IMG/VR virus record: IMGVR_UViG_3300031695_000001
Length of the DNA: 64,000 nt
Reading direction: 5' to 3' (one strand)
From: a virus
Both the position numbers and the translations under genes were made by a program. The notes under the pieces are model-generated. The model ran no database searches and was not told where the DNA came from. It worked only from the letters and a program-made list of their open reading frames with translations. Position 1 is the stretch's first letter; the number at the start of each line of letters is the position of its first letter. Shown here piece after piece: positions 16,608 through 28,300 of this stretch.

Positions 16608-17455
16608 TCGCTTTTGGTTTTAGTACCTGGATTAGCCATATCGTGCTCACGCTTTTGTTGTGCTTCCCATTCACCGGAATGTTGTCTAGTAAAACTAGGA
16701 TTCATGTTATTCATTTCAAGAATATCGTCACGTATGTTCTGCGCACGTTTTTCGATGTTGATAACACGTACAAAACTGTTAGTAACAGCGGCAGTATAAT
16801 ATGCAAACGGATTTTGTGACTTAGATTCGTCAAATTGTAGCCCAATTTGTGCAAGTTGTAGTATTGCTTGACCGCGCATTTCGTCATTGTAAGTGTATCC
16901 ACGTACATTACCACGTGTTGCATAACGATCACATAACTTCATCCACATCATAGCAAGCGTATTAGTTGCTTTACCATGAGTTTTATTAAAGTTACCATTT
17001 TCCATACCACCTTGCCAATGACTTTTTCCAACTAATATAAGCTCACCTTCGTCATTGTACTTGTAATGATGATATGGCGGAAAGTTTAATTTAGTTTTTG
17101 TATCAGCAACGGTCTTTGGGTTCTTTTTACGACCTGGCTCTTCGGGTATATGGTCAAATGACATCACACGGAAGATTATTTCTTCTTTAGTAATTTTCTT
17201 ATAGTCATGTTCGCACTCTGCTTGCTTAACTTTTTCTCCTGCTAGTTTTCTACGATCGTATTCAGCAACACTTAACTTCTTTGCTTTGTTTCGTTTTGCT
17301 TCAGCAGTAGTTCTTATGTTTATTTTATCAATATCAAGTAAGATAATGTCAAAATCGGCATACGAGTCTTCAGTATAGCTACAAAAGGTAGCCTTTGATT
17401 TATGAATTTCTTTTAATATGTCTTTGTTGTTTAGGTAATTTACACGTCTAGCCAT
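16604..17455 (-). CDS. gp55: Late-transcription sigma factor, T4 gp55-like (start moved from 17503 to 17455)
   Basis: NYLNNKD, N.RGYTYNDEM, FDESKSQNPFAYYT and EKR motifs; GGAG RBS before the ATG at 17455, while the track's longer start overlaps the promoter. Confidence 0.85.
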   Translation of the reverse strand: MARRVNYLNNKDILKEIHKSKATFCSYTEDSYADFDIILLDIDKINIRTTAEAKRNKAKKLSVAEYDRRKLAGEKVKQAECEHDYKKITKEEIIFRVMSFDHIPEEPGRKKNPKTVADTKTKLNFPPYHHYKYNDEGELILVGKSHWQGGMENGNFNKTHGKATNTLAMMWMKLCDRYATRGNVRGYTYNDEMRGQAILQLAQIGLQFDESKSQNPFAYYTAAVTNSFVRVINIEKRAQNIRDDILEMNNMNPSFTRQHSGEWEAQQKREHDMANPGTKTKSD

Positions 17456-17485
17456 TATTTCTCCAAGTTCTAAGATGTTACATAC

Positions 17486-17514
17486 ATTATAATATACATA
17501 CATTAAAAAGTCAA
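17486..17514 (-). promoter_or_regulatory. Sigma70-type promoter for the gp55-like gene
   Basis: TTGACT-17 nt-TATAAT. Confidence 0.8.
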
Positions 17515-17522
17515 CTAAATAA
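17515..17522 (+). promoter_or_regulatory. Late promoter for the baseplate operon
   Basis: cTAAATAa followed by AAGGAG RBS and ATG at 17542. Confidence 0.6.
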
Positions 17523-17541
17523 CACTATAGAAGGAGCAATT

Positions 17542-18390
17542 ATGTCATTTGATAAATTTAGTAGCGTAGTAGAACAGGTCGGTGATGTTGTAAGACAAAC
17601 TTCAGCCAAAGCAGTTAAAGCGATTAATCAAGCTACGTCTTTTGTAGACAATCCAATGGGTTTAATGAAAGGTATACGTAGTGCAAACTTACCAACTGAC
17701 GCTATGCCAGTATTTAAATCACATACCGGCGCTACTGTTAAAATTCCTAAGGGCGATAATGACTGGCGAGTTAGTTTAAGTATTCCGCCTATTATGCAAA
17801 ACATGCCAATGGACCTATTAGGGCCCCTTGCTAAAACAGATGGTAAAATGGTATTTCCCTTCACGCCTTCTATAATATTTTCTCACTCCGCAAGCTACAA
17901 TGCAATGCAACCTACACATACTAATTATCCGTTTTTTAACTATCAGAGCTCAGCTGTGGACGCTATAACTATTGCAGGAGACTTTTTTGCTGAAAATGCA
18001 GAAGATGCAGAATATTGGGTAGCGGCTGTAACGTATTTGCGTACTGTAACTAAAATGTTTTACGGCAATAGCGAAAATGCAGGTAATCCACCGCCCATTG
18101 TTAAACTTAATGGGTATGGAGAATTTGTGTTTAATGATGTGCCTTGTGTAGTGACAGCATTTAACATTGATTTACCTCAAGACGTTGATTATATTAAAAC
18201 ATCAAATGTAACAACTACTCCGGCAAGACTTGGAAATGAGCCAACATCACAATCTGGACCAGGAACTTGGGTACCAGCACAAAGTTTAATCTCAGTAACA
18301 GTACAACCAATATACAGTAGAGCAAAACAAGCAGAATTTAATTTAAATAATTTTGTTAGCGGCGACTTAATAACTAAAGGAATGATTTAA
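17542..18390 (+). CDS. Baseplate/tail-tube initiator-like protein (gp48/gp54-like)
   Basis: FPFTPSI, PTHTNY, GNPPPIVKLNGYG.F.F.DVPCVV; first gene of the baseplate cluster. Confidence 0.6.
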   Translation: MSFDKFSSVVEQVGDVVRQTSAKAVKAINQATSFVDNPMGLMKGIRSANLPTDAMPVFKSHTGATVKIPKGDNDWRVSLSIPPIMQNMPMDLLGPLAKTDGKMVFPFTPSIIFSHSASYNAMQPTHTNYPFFNYQSSAVDAITIAGDFFAENAEDAEYWVAAVTYLRTVTKMFYGNSENAGNPPPIVKLNGYGEFVFNDVPCVVTAFNIDLPQDVDYIKTSNVTTTPARLGNEPTSQSGPGTWVPAQSLISVTVQPIYSRAKQAEFNLNNFVSGDLITKGMI

Positions 18391-18692
18391 TGGCAACTTA
18401 CGGAAATAGCAGTCCTTGGCAAAATACTAAAGTTGTAGATAATCAGTATCTTGGACATTTTGAAATTAGACCTGTGCCCGGTGAAGCTGATGACATCCTT
18501 TATGAGATTGAAACACAATACACTCATAGACCAGACTTATTAGCGTATGACTTATACGGTACTACAAAATTATGGTGGGTATTTGCACAAAGAAATATGG
18601 ATACAATAAAAGATCCAGTATATGACATTGAAGCAGGCGTTGGTATTTTTCTACCAAAAGGTCCTTCATTAAAACGATTGCTAGGAATGTAA
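18390..18692 (+). CDS. Baseplate wedge protein, gp53/LysM-like
   Basis: RPDLLAYDLYG...LWWVFA.RN motif. Confidence 0.8.
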   Translation: MATYGNSSPWQNTKVVDNQYLGHFEIRPVPGEADDILYEIETQYTHRPDLLAYDLYGTTKLWWVFAQRNMDTIKDPVYDIEAGVGIFLPKGPSLKRLLGM

Positions 18693-18695
18693 ATT

Positions 18696-21347
18696 ATGAG
18701 CGGACATCATAGTTTTACCGGAATAAAAAATAATATAACAAAAAAACTGAATGTTATTAGCAATCATCATCCGGAATTAACACAACCTATAAACAATGTA
18801 GCCGCTGTCACCAGCGCAATCCATGTTGGCACAACTACAGAATTTAATGCTAGACGGGGAGGCGCTGTTGTTGATGCCGCCAAAGAAAAAGCAATGGACT
18901 TTTCAGCATCTCCGGGATCTGTAGGAAAAACATCTACACCGGGCGAACTTGAACCAGGAATTACTCCAGCACCGTGGGCTAATGAACTTGAAGGTTTTGC
19001 AAGTATGAACTGTATAGTAACACTTTCTGTATTAAGTGTTGACGAAGTTAACGATCCTGATGGCACTTATAGATCTAGCGGATTGCGAAATGATTCAATA
19101 ATTGCTAGAAGTGGCGGTAGCGGTAAGTTTAAAGTTAAAACAGCATATGAAAAAGTTCTAGGCAAATCCTTAGAGTTTTTTATAGATGATTTAGAGTTTA
19201 TAGCAGTATGTTCTCCAGATATTAATTCTAGAAATGCTAACGTAACAACACTAGAATTTAAAATTCAAGAACCATATAGTATGGGATTATTTTTAAATGC
19301 CCTTAAAGCGGCAGCAACTATAGGCGGTCATCCAAACTATGTAGCGGCAACTTATATGTTAACTCTTGAATTTGTCGGAACTGACGAAGAAGGTAATGTA
19401 GGACAAGCACCTCATTCAAGAAGATTTCTTCCAATTAAATTTAAAAACGTTGAGTTTCAAGTCACTGGCGCTGGCTCAGAATATAATTGTTCAGCATATC
19501 TATCCAACGAACAAGCATTAACTGACAGAGTGACTCAAATAAAAACTGATGTTTCAATAACTGGATCAACAGTTAGAGAACTGTTACAAACAGGCGGACA
19601 AAGTTTAACAACTGTTATCAATTCTAGATTGCTTGACAAAGAAGAAAATGATGAACTTGACACAGCTGATCAATATGTTATTATATTTCCTAGCTCGGGA
19701 GAGTATAATAGTAACAATAGAAACAGCTCTCAAGTTGCTTCAACCCAAAATCGTGCAATGCAAACAGCAGACGGGCCACCTGGCTCTACCGCAGTAGACT
19801 TTACATTATCAAAAGCTGAATTACAAAAACAGTATAGTTCTATAACTGGCAATACTGATGATGTTCCTTTAAACTACGAAGAGTACATAAGTCAAATTAC
19901 TGGTATTGTTAAATCTTCGTCACAATTTGGAAAAGCATTTAAAGATTATGCAAACAGCGATTATGCAAAAAATGAAGTAGGCGAAAGTGACATCATTGCT
20001 AACCCAGGCGAAACAGGACAATCGCCAATGGGCCAGATGAAGTATGCAGAAGAGTTAGTTGATAATATTCCTATTTTTTCTAGAGGATCTGCGCAACTAC
20101 AAACTAGTTCTACTAATAGAATGTTTAAGTTTCTAAAAGGAACAAGAATACAAGATATTATTGAAGAAGTATTATTAATAAGCACATACGGACAAAATCT
20201 TGCAACACAACTTTCTGACATTACTGACCCGATGGGAATGATTACTTGGTATAGAATAGAAACTGATGTTTATATAGTGCCCGGCTCGAAAGAAGTTTTA
20301 CGATCAGGCAATACTCCAAATATATATGTTTATAGAGTTGTTCCGTACAAAGTACATTCTAGTATATTTAATAACCCAACAGCACCGGCTATTGGAATAA
20401 GCGAGTTAAAATCAGTTGCCGCTAAAGAATACAATTATATATACACAGGACTTAACAAAGATATTTTAGATGTAGATATAAAATATAAATTTGCATTCCA
20501 ATCAGGAGCCATTGCTGATTCAGGTGCGCTAACAGCCAGTCAACGAAAAGGTACTGCTAATAAATCTTCAGCTGACCAAACAGACAATGATTATAAACTA
20601 AGTCAAGGTGGCACTGGTAATGCTCCAACTGAAGGAATTGGCGGAACATACGAAACTATTAACAATACTGCAATGGCTAATGGCGGCTCGGAGATAAGCA
20701 ATGCAGATATCAATATTGCAAGAGGATTTAATCAACGCCTAGTAAATAGTCATGCAGACTTGCTTATGATGACTATGACAATTATGGGCGATCCGTTTTA
20801 TATAAGCGACAACGGCGCTGGCAATTATCATGTTGGCGGAGATAACTCGTATACTAACATGACAAAAGATGGAACAGCAAATTATTCCAATGGACAACTT
20901 CATATTAACTTATTATTTAGAACACCAGTTGACATTAATGAAGATACAGGCGGATATATTTACCCTGAAGATTTGCTATTAGTTGAATCATTTAGTGGAA
21001 TATATTCAGTTATTAGAGTTGAGAGCTCTATTTCAGGAAATAAATTTACGCAAGTACTAACTATGAATAGAGTAATTAACCAACAAGAAACTGAAACAAC
21101 AGCAGGCGCTGCCAAATTTGAAGAAAGTTTCGGGAGCGAATCTCCTGATTGGCGGGACCGTATGAATAGGCTGGGCGGCGATACAGGCGGCCCTCATGGA
21201 GGCATTACTTCAAACATAGCTGGCTCTGGACCAGCTGGGCAATATGTTCCAATTGTTACTCCAGAGGCTCTCAAGGAAGTAGCCGACATAAGAAAACAAG
21301 TTGCATTAGACCGCAAATTTACAACACCAACCGGCGGCGCCCGATGA
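18696..21347 (+). CDS. Baseplate hub protein (gp27-like)
   Basis: 883 aa between the gp53-like gene and gp5; C-terminal I.GDP and FSGIYSVIRVES.ISG.KFTQ.L motifs. Confidence 0.6.
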   Translation: MSGHHSFTGIKNNITKKLNVISNHHPELTQPINNVAAVTSAIHVGTTTEFNARRGGAVVDAAKEKAMDFSASPGSVGKTSTPGELEPGITPAPWANELEGFASMNCIVTLSVLSVDEVNDPDGTYRSSGLRNDSIIARSGGSGKFKVKTAYEKVLGKSLEFFIDDLEFIAVCSPDINSRNANVTTLEFKIQEPYSMGLFLNALKAAATIGGHPNYVAATYMLTLEFVGTDEEGNVGQAPHSRRFLPIKFKNVEFQVTGAGSEYNCSAYLSNEQALTDRVTQIKTDVSITGSTVRELLQTGGQSLTTVINSRLLDKEENDELDTADQYVIIFPSSGEYNSNNRNSSQVASTQNRAMQTADGPPGSTAVDFTLSKAELQKQYSSITGNTDDVPLNYEEYISQITGIVKSSSQFGKAFKDYANSDYAKNEVGESDIIANPGETGQSPMGQMKYAEELVDNIPIFSRGSAQLQTSSTNRMFKFLKGTRIQDIIEEVLLISTYGQNLATQLSDITDPMGMITWYRIETDVYIVPGSKEVLRSGNTPNIYVYRVVPYKVHSSIFNNPTAPAIGISELKSVAAKEYNYIYTGLNKDILDVDIKYKFAFQSGAIADSGALTASQRKGTANKSSADQTDNDYKLSQGGTGNAPTEGIGGTYETINNTAMANGGSEISNADINIARGFNQRLVNSHADLLMMTMTIMGDPFYISDNGAGNYHVGGDNSYTNMTKDGTANYSNGQLHINLLFRTPVDINEDTGGYIYPEDLLLVESFSGIYSVIRVESSISGNKFTQVLTMNRVINQQETETTAGAAKFEESFGSESPDWRDRMNRLGGDTGGPHGGITSNIAGSGPAGQYVPIVTPEALKEVADIRKQVALDRKFTTPTGGAR

Positions 21348-21366
21348 TTAGTGAGAAATAATAACA

Positions 21367-24081
21367 ATGTCAGAAAATCCAAATATACTAAGAGCCAACA
21401 AATACGTTAACTCCAGTTCGACGGGTCCGTTTGAAGCAATTGTAGTAAACCATTTAGATCCGCATTATATGGGAACATTGCAAGTTGAATTATTAAAGCA
21501 AACTGGCTCAGGTAATCAACCTGAAACTACAGGACAAATGGTTGAAGCTAGATATTTAAGTCCGTTTTATGGCGTAACACCTTTATCACAAAATTCCAAC
21601 AATGCAGGTTACAAAAATACACAAAAGTCATATGGCTTTTGGGGAGTTCCGCCAGATATTGGTACTACTGTTTTAGTAATACTTGTAGAAGGAAATATAT
21701 CCAAAGCATATTGGATTGGATGTGTACAAGAAGAAAACATGAACTTTATGGTTCCTGGATATGCTGGTACAGATAACTTAGATGGCCAGCCTGCAGGTAT
21801 TAGGGCACCTGCCGCAGAATATAATAAAAAAATACAGTCAGCAAAACTTACAGATGCAACACGGTATAAAAAGCCTGCACATGATGATATGGCAATAAGT
21901 TTAATCCAACAAGGATTGCTAGAAGACGACACTCGAGGAATAACAACATCAAGTGCAAGGCGAGAAGTTCCTAGTGCAGTATTTGGTATTAGTACAGGAG
22001 GGCCTCTAGACAAGCGACCTGGTGCTCCTAAGGCAGAACAAGGACCAGTTGGCCTAAAAGCTAACTTACATACCCATAGACTTGGCGGATCATCATTTGT
22101 TATGGACGATGGTGACGACAAGTTTATAAGAAAAGGTAAAGCAGAAAGCACTCCGATGGAGTACGTAAGTTTAGAAGCAGGCGAAGCAGGCGGAGATCCT
22201 ACATTGCCTGCTAATGAATTATTTAGGATGCGAACACGCACAGGTCATCAGATATTAATGCATAATACTGAAGACTTAATTTATATTGGTAATGCCAAAG
22301 GCACTGCTTGGATTGAACTTACGTCTAACGGAAAAATTGATATTTTTGCCGCAGATAGTATAAGCATTCATACACAGGAAGATATAAACTTTACAGCAGA
22401 CAGAGATATAAACTTTACAGCTGGTCAAAATTTAAACATGGTAGTAGGTAAAGATCTTAAAGCTACTACTGGATCTAACACAAACTTTGTTGTAGGAACA
22501 AACGCTCTTTGGAATGTAGGCGATAGTTATGAAGTAGCCGCAGGATCTAACATAACACAATCTGCTGAAGAAAACGCAACATATTCGTCTACTGGTAATG
22601 CTAACTTTTTATCTGCCGCAGAAGTGTTTCTTGGTTCATCTGGCGGAAATGTTAATATTGATGCATTTAATAATTTAATTGTTAATGCTGATAAAGAAGG
22701 CCATATACATATTGGAACTGATTTACATATCACTTCTAAAGGTGAAACAGATATTAAGTCAACTGGCGAAATGGCAGTGCAAAGTACTGCGGCTATGAGG
22801 ATTCACAGCGAAGCTACACTAGATATTCTTGGAGCAACTACTACAAAAATTACTTCAACAGGCACATTAGACATTAACGGCGGAACTGCAATTAAAGTAA
22901 CTGGTGGACAAATAGATTTAAACTCTGCAGACGCTATTGCATCTATAGCAGTAGCTGGCGCCGCAGAAACTGCATTAGTACCGGCAGCTCCGACGCCTAC
23001 TGCTCCTGAGCCGGCAGCACTAGCTGGGCAAGCGGCAAGAGTACCACAGCACGAGCCATGGTACGAACACGAAAACTTAAATCCGTTAGCATACACACCA
23101 GAAAAAACTAGAGCAAATACGGAACAAACTCAAACTTTTGTTCCGCGTACTCCAGACACGTTTGCTAAATCAATTGGAGTTCCTAAGAAAGGTGCTCCGC
23201 CTACTAAGTCAACTAGACAGAATAATACAGGCGATGTAGGTGTAACAACTAGTGGCACTTATACTACACCTGCAGGAAATCCAGCTAGGGCTACATCAAC
23301 AAATGCACAAGGTGCACCTGTCTCTAATGATGTTAGGGAACGTGCTAGAATATTAGCACAAAGTATGCGAGCAGTTGGGTTTACTGACAACGAAACATTA
23401 CTTTCTATTATTGCAGTATGTCATACAGAAAGTAGATTACTACCTGCAGAAGAACTTAGTTATGGAAATAATACAAACGCTTATATTCGTAGTATATTTA
23501 AAACTGCAACTAGAGGTGTTAGTGAAGCTGAATTAACTGCGGCTAAAGCAACAAAGGCAACTTTCTTTGAACTAGTGTATGGTAACAACAATAAAAAAGG
23601 ACTTGAATTAGGTAATGAGTTTGACGGCGACGGCGGAGCATTTATAGGAAGGGGCGTTATACAAATAACTGGTAGAGCTAACTATGAAACATTTGGAAAA
23701 GCCGCTGGATTAATAGATGAAACATTAATTGACGGTCCTGTTAGTGATGTTGATCCGGAAGGCACTAATACAAACCCATTTGGTGTTAAAATACTATTTG
23801 ATCCAAAATTGTTAGCTACTGACTTTGTAACAAGTTGTGACGTTGCGGCACAATATCTTAAAGCAAGATATAGACCAAACCGAGGTAAGGGTATTTTGGG
23901 TGATTTACGAATAGCAATTAACCCAGGTGGATACGATCATGCATATCCTAAGGATTTAGCATTTTACAAAGGATTAGATACTACTTGGTTAGAAGCACCT
24001 AAGCCTGAATCAACAGCAGGCATTAATGATAATGTTGCAAGTGCAGGCGGCACACAAGAAGTAAATAAAGGACCACAATAA
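21367..24081 (+). CDS. gp5: Baseplate central spike, gp5-like, with C-terminal GH19 lysozyme/chitinase-like domain
   Basis: OB-fold (PPDIGTTVLV...YWIGC), RTRTGHQILM, beta-helix repeats, then HTES and FIGRGVIQITGRANY. Confidence 0.85.
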   Translation: MSENPNILRANKYVNSSSTGPFEAIVVNHLDPHYMGTLQVELLKQTGSGNQPETTGQMVEARYLSPFYGVTPLSQNSNNAGYKNTQKSYGFWGVPPDIGTTVLVILVEGNISKAYWIGCVQEENMNFMVPGYAGTDNLDGQPAGIRAPAAEYNKKIQSAKLTDATRYKKPAHDDMAISLIQQGLLEDDTRGITTSSARREVPSAVFGISTGGPLDKRPGAPKAEQGPVGLKANLHTHRLGGSSFVMDDGDDKFIRKGKAESTPMEYVSLEAGEAGGDPTLPANELFRMRTRTGHQILMHNTEDLIYIGNAKGTAWIELTSNGKIDIFAADSISIHTQEDINFTADRDINFTAGQNLNMVVGKDLKATTGSNTNFVVGTNALWNVGDSYEVAAGSNITQSAEENATYSSTGNANFLSAAEVFLGSSGGNVNIDAFNNLIVNADKEGHIHIGTDLHITSKGETDIKSTGEMAVQSTAAMRIHSEATLDILGATTTKITSTGTLDINGGTAIKVTGGQIDLNSADAIASIAVAGAAETALVPAAPTPTAPEPAALAGQAARVPQHEPWYEHENLNPLAYTPEKTRANTEQTQTFVPRTPDTFAKSIGVPKKGAPPTKSTRQNNTGDVGVTTSGTYTTPAGNPARATSTNAQGAPVSNDVRERARILAQSMRAVGFTDNETLLSIIAVCHTESRLLPAEELSYGNNTNAYIRSIFKTATRGVSEAELTAAKATKATFFELVYGNNNKKGLELGNEFDGDGGAFIGRGVIQITGRANYETFGKAAGLIDETLIDGPVSDVDPEGTNTNPFGVKILFDPKLLATDFVTSCDVAAQYLKARYRPNRGKGILGDLRIAINPGGYDHAYPKDLAFYKGLDTTWLEAPKPESTAGINDNVASAGGTQEVNKGPQ

Positions 24082-24848
24082 TGTGTAATGTTTTTATACC
24101 AGAAGTTAAAGTAACACGCCCTGGCATGGTACAAGATTTATCATCACAGTCTGCAGGACTAAATGAACAACGGTTTAATTATACCGGAGCTGAATCAAAC
24201 CTTGAAGGTGATTATCCTCAAAGCACCGGCGGTTTAAATTCACAAAGTGGATCACCAATTGTCTATGCAGATCCCGGACCAATTCCTTCAGGGCCTGGAT
24301 ACTTAAAATTAAAAGCTATACTTGATAACGTCATAACAGGTGATTGGAAGGAAAGAGGAAAAGTTGGAAATCCAAATATATTAGCATGTTACAGTGTATG
24401 TGGACATTCTTATTCGCAAGATAGCGGATCAATGGCATATGCATGGTGCGCGGCATTTATAAGTTATGCACTAAAAACAGCCGGTATTGATAGCTTACGT
24501 TCTATGAGCAGTCAAGCATATAAAAATTATGGAAATGAAGTTGATTGGCGCACACTAGACAAAATAAGATACTTAGATATTTGTGTCTTTAAGTCAAGAA
24601 CACGATCCGGCGGCCATATAGGATTTATTGTAGGTGTAGACAACAAGACAGGCAAACTTAAAATACTCGGAGGCAACCAAGGCGATAATGCTAAAGTATC
24701 AACTTACAGTGTTTCAAGTAACAGCCAGTATGTATTAAACATTAAACGTAACTGGGATATTCCAGCAGAGTACAATAAGCCGTTGTTTGGCAATAATAAA
24801 TTAGATATTAATGCTGTATCAACTGGCACAAATAGTACAACAATTTAA
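24081..24848 (+). CDS. TIGR02594-like CHAP/NlpC-type peptidoglycan hydrolase
   Basis: AWCAAF, GHIGF and LGGNQ (Cys-His pair). Confidence 0.8.
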   Translation: MCNVFIPEVKVTRPGMVQDLSSQSAGLNEQRFNYTGAESNLEGDYPQSTGGLNSQSGSPIVYADPGPIPSGPGYLKLKAILDNVITGDWKERGKVGNPNILACYSVCGHSYSQDSGSMAYAWCAAFISYALKTAGIDSLRSMSSQAYKNYGNEVDWRTLDKIRYLDICVFKSRTRSGGHIGFIVGVDNKTGKLKILGGNQGDNAKVSTYSVSSNSQYVLNIKRNWDIPAEYNKPLFGNNKLDINAVSTGTNSTTI

Positions 24849-24863
24849 GTAGGTAAATACAGT

Positions 24864-25313
24864 ATGAGCACATTAGAAAAAAGTATATATGAAAGAATTA
24901 CAGTAGCTGGCGATAAGAAAGCGCCTAATAAGCCTCCGGCGTCTAGAGCTTATAGAGGACTTAGTACAGTAAACCCAAATAATACGTCAACTACGTTATA
25001 TGACCTTTCGTTAATTAAACAAGATTTAATAAATCATTTTCATATTAGACAAGGTGAAAAATTAGAAAATCCTGAGTTTGGAACAATCATTTGGGAAGTT
25101 TTATTTGAACCAATGACAGCGGCATTAAAAAACGCCGTTGCAAAGAATGTTACTGATATTGTAAATTACGATCCGCGTACACAAGTAAATTCAGTAATAG
25201 TTGACTCGTTTGAAACTGGAATTCAGATTGAATTGGATCTTACATATCTTCCGTACAATATATCTGAATCAATGCGCTTAACTTTTGATGAAAACAATGG
25301 TTTAATTTCGTAA
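24864..25313 (+). CDS. gp25: Baseplate wedge subunit, gp25-like
   Basis: LIKQDLINHF, GEKLENPEFGT.IW..LFEP and DPR motifs; TAAATA at 24854-24859. Confidence 0.9.
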   Translation: MSTLEKSIYERITVAGDKKAPNKPPASRAYRGLSTVNPNNTSTTLYDLSLIKQDLINHFHIRQGEKLENPEFGTIIWEVLFEPMTAALKNAVAKNVTDIVNYDPRTQVNSVIVDSFETGIQIELDLTYLPYNISESMRLTFDENNGLIS

Positions 25314-25370
25314 CTTATATACGCACTTATCCGAAACCAATAAATACATGTAAGTGAAGGAAGCAATAAT

Positions 25371-28300
25371 ATGTCAACAACCGATAGACAAAATAGGTTA
25401 TTAGTAGCAGAGAATTGGAAACGTATATACCAAAGTTTCCGTAATGCTGACTTTCAAAGTTATGACTTTGATAATTTAAGAAGAACAATGATATCTTACC
25501 TTAGGACTAATTATCCTGAGGACTTTAACGACTACATTGAGTCGAGTGAATACCTTGCACTGATTGATTTGATTGCATTTTTAGGTCAAAACATATCCTT
25601 CCGCATGGATCTAAATGCAAGAGAAAACTTTTTAGAATTAGCAGAACGTAGAGAATCAGTTCTCCGTTTAGCACGGATGCTTTCTTATAATCCAAAGCGC
25701 AACCAAGCCGCAACAGGTATGTTAAAAGTAACTAGTGTTTCTACTACAGAAGAAGTAATAGATACTAACAACTTTAATTTAGCAAACCAATCCATTCAAT
25801 GGAATGACCCAACTAATACAGATTGGTATGAGCAGTTTATTAAAGTAATGAATTCTGCACTACCTGCAAATGGTACATTTGGTCGCCCAATTAAAAAAGA
25901 AAAAGTAGACGGTGTTCCGCATCAGCAGTATAGATTTAATGCTGTTAACACAGATATTCCAACATACGGATTTAATAAATCTGTCCAAGGAAAAAATGTA
26001 TCATTTGAAGTTGTGTCCTCAGACATAAACTCTGCTACAAAGAATGTTGAAGAAGAAATTCCATTAACTGCAAATAGCTTTGCATACCTTTATAAAGACG
26101 ACAGCCGCGGACCTGCAAGTAGTAACACTGGTTTCTTTTGCATGTTTAAACAAGGTACATTAGACAGTGGCCAATTTATAGTTAACAATCCTACAACTAA
26201 TCAAGTAATTGATATAGACGCAACAAACATTAACAACAGCGATGTTTGGCTTTATAAGCTAGACGAAAACGGACAAGAGTCTGAAATTTGGACAAAGGTT
26301 GATGCAATAGAAGGCAACAACGTTATCTATAATAGTGTTAGTAAAAAGATTAGATCAGTTTATAGTGTACTTACAAGAGTAAGTGACAGAATTAGTTTAG
26401 TGTTTTCAGATGGAACTTTTGGCGAATTGCCTAAAGGTGTATTTAAAGTTTTTTATAGAACTAGTAACAACCAAAGTTATGTTATTAAGCCAAATGATAT
26501 GACTGGAATACAAGTTAGAGTTCCTTATTTAAGTAGAAGTAATACTGTTGAAACAATTACGCTTAATTTGGAATTAAAATACACAGTAGCAAATAGTGCG
26601 CCAAGTGAGTCAACAGAAAGTATTAAACAAAATGCTCCGTCGACTTATTATACACAAAACAGAATGGTAACTGCTGAAGATTATAATGTTGCACCATTGG
26701 GCATTAGTCAAGATATTATTAAAGTAAAATCAGTTAATAGATTTGCAAGCGGAATTAGTAGGTACTATGATTTATTAGATGCTACTGGAAAATATAGTAG
26801 CACAAATTTATACGCAAATGACGGTATTGTTTATAAAGAAGATTTAGTTAATAAAGATAGTTTTGCATATGTAACACAGACTGATATTGAAAGTGCTATT
26901 ACAAATAAAATAGAACCAATATTAAAAGATAGAAGAGTGTTAAACTATTATCTAACAAACTTTACAAAGATTATTACTTCTGATTTAAAAGCAGAATGGG
27001 TACAAGTAACTACAGATACTAATAGAGGCACTGGTAACTTAATTGACGAAAGTAGTGCGTCTTATAAAGTAGGAACTTACACAGCAAATAATTTACGTTT
27101 ACTTGAAGCAGGCTCACTTCTTAAATTTGAAGCACCTACAGGCTATCATTTTATGGTAGGCGATAAAACTACACTAATGGCAGGATCTGCAACTCATGCA
27201 GGATCGTTATCTTATAAGTGGGTAAAAGTAATTAGTGTTAACGGTGACGGTACGAAAACTACTACAGCTGGTTTAGGTGCTATTACACTTAATGATAGTA
27301 TTCCGACAACAGCACTATTGACTGAAATTAGACCTAAACTTACTACAGTTATTACTCCAGCAGTTAAAACACAAATCATTGATCAAGCATTTGCAAATAA
27401 TACATTTGGATTGCGATACGATGTTGCTACTAGACAATGGCGTATTATTACAGAAGTAAATCTAAATACTAATAGTGCATTTAGCACAGGTAAAACTGGT
27501 GATGTTAGTAGTCAAAATTTAGATGCTAGTTGGTTGTTATGGTTTAAAACAGATGGCGAAAAATATAACATTACATACAGAGCTATGCGCTATGTATACG
27601 AAAGCGACGAAGAGATCAAGTTCTACTACGACAGTAGTGATAAAATTTACGATAATAAAACAGGCAAAATTATTAAAGATAAAATTGAAGTATTAAGCAT
27701 TAATACACAGCCTGACTTAACATTACCATTTACATCAGATTATAATTTTGAAATTACAAAAGAATATAGAGATGCTGAAGGATATGTTGATTCAAAGAAA
27801 ATAGAAGTATCTTTCTTTGATGCAGACGACGACGGCGTAGTTGACAACCCAGGATCATTCCTTGATATTGTTAACGAGACAGTTGCTCCTACTACAAAAT
27901 ATATATTCCAAAAGAAGTACACTACATCTGACGGTGTTGAAGACTTTAAATACGTAACTGCTACATCACAAAACATAACAGTGCTTACTTCAGAATCAGC
28001 TATAGGAGCATATAGCTCTTATGATGCATCAACTGTATTTTTTGCAGTTGACACTGGATTATTTAAGAAGTTATCAACTGATAAACTTTCAATATCACAA
28101 GTATCAAACTTTAAAGCATTCATTGGTAGAGCAAGTCTAAAATTTAGATATGTACACGCTGCCGATAATAATAAAAGAATTGATCCTAGTAGCACAAACT
28201 TAATAGACACATTCTTGTTAACACGTTTGTATGACACTACTTATAGGCAGTGGTTAAATGGCGATGTTATAGCACAACCATTACCGCCAAGTAGTGATCA

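Noticed and set aside
17456-17503. N-terminal extension MYVYYNVCNILELGEI of the gp55-like ORF
   Set aside because: Overlaps the sigma70 promoter; the RBS supports the ATG at 17455
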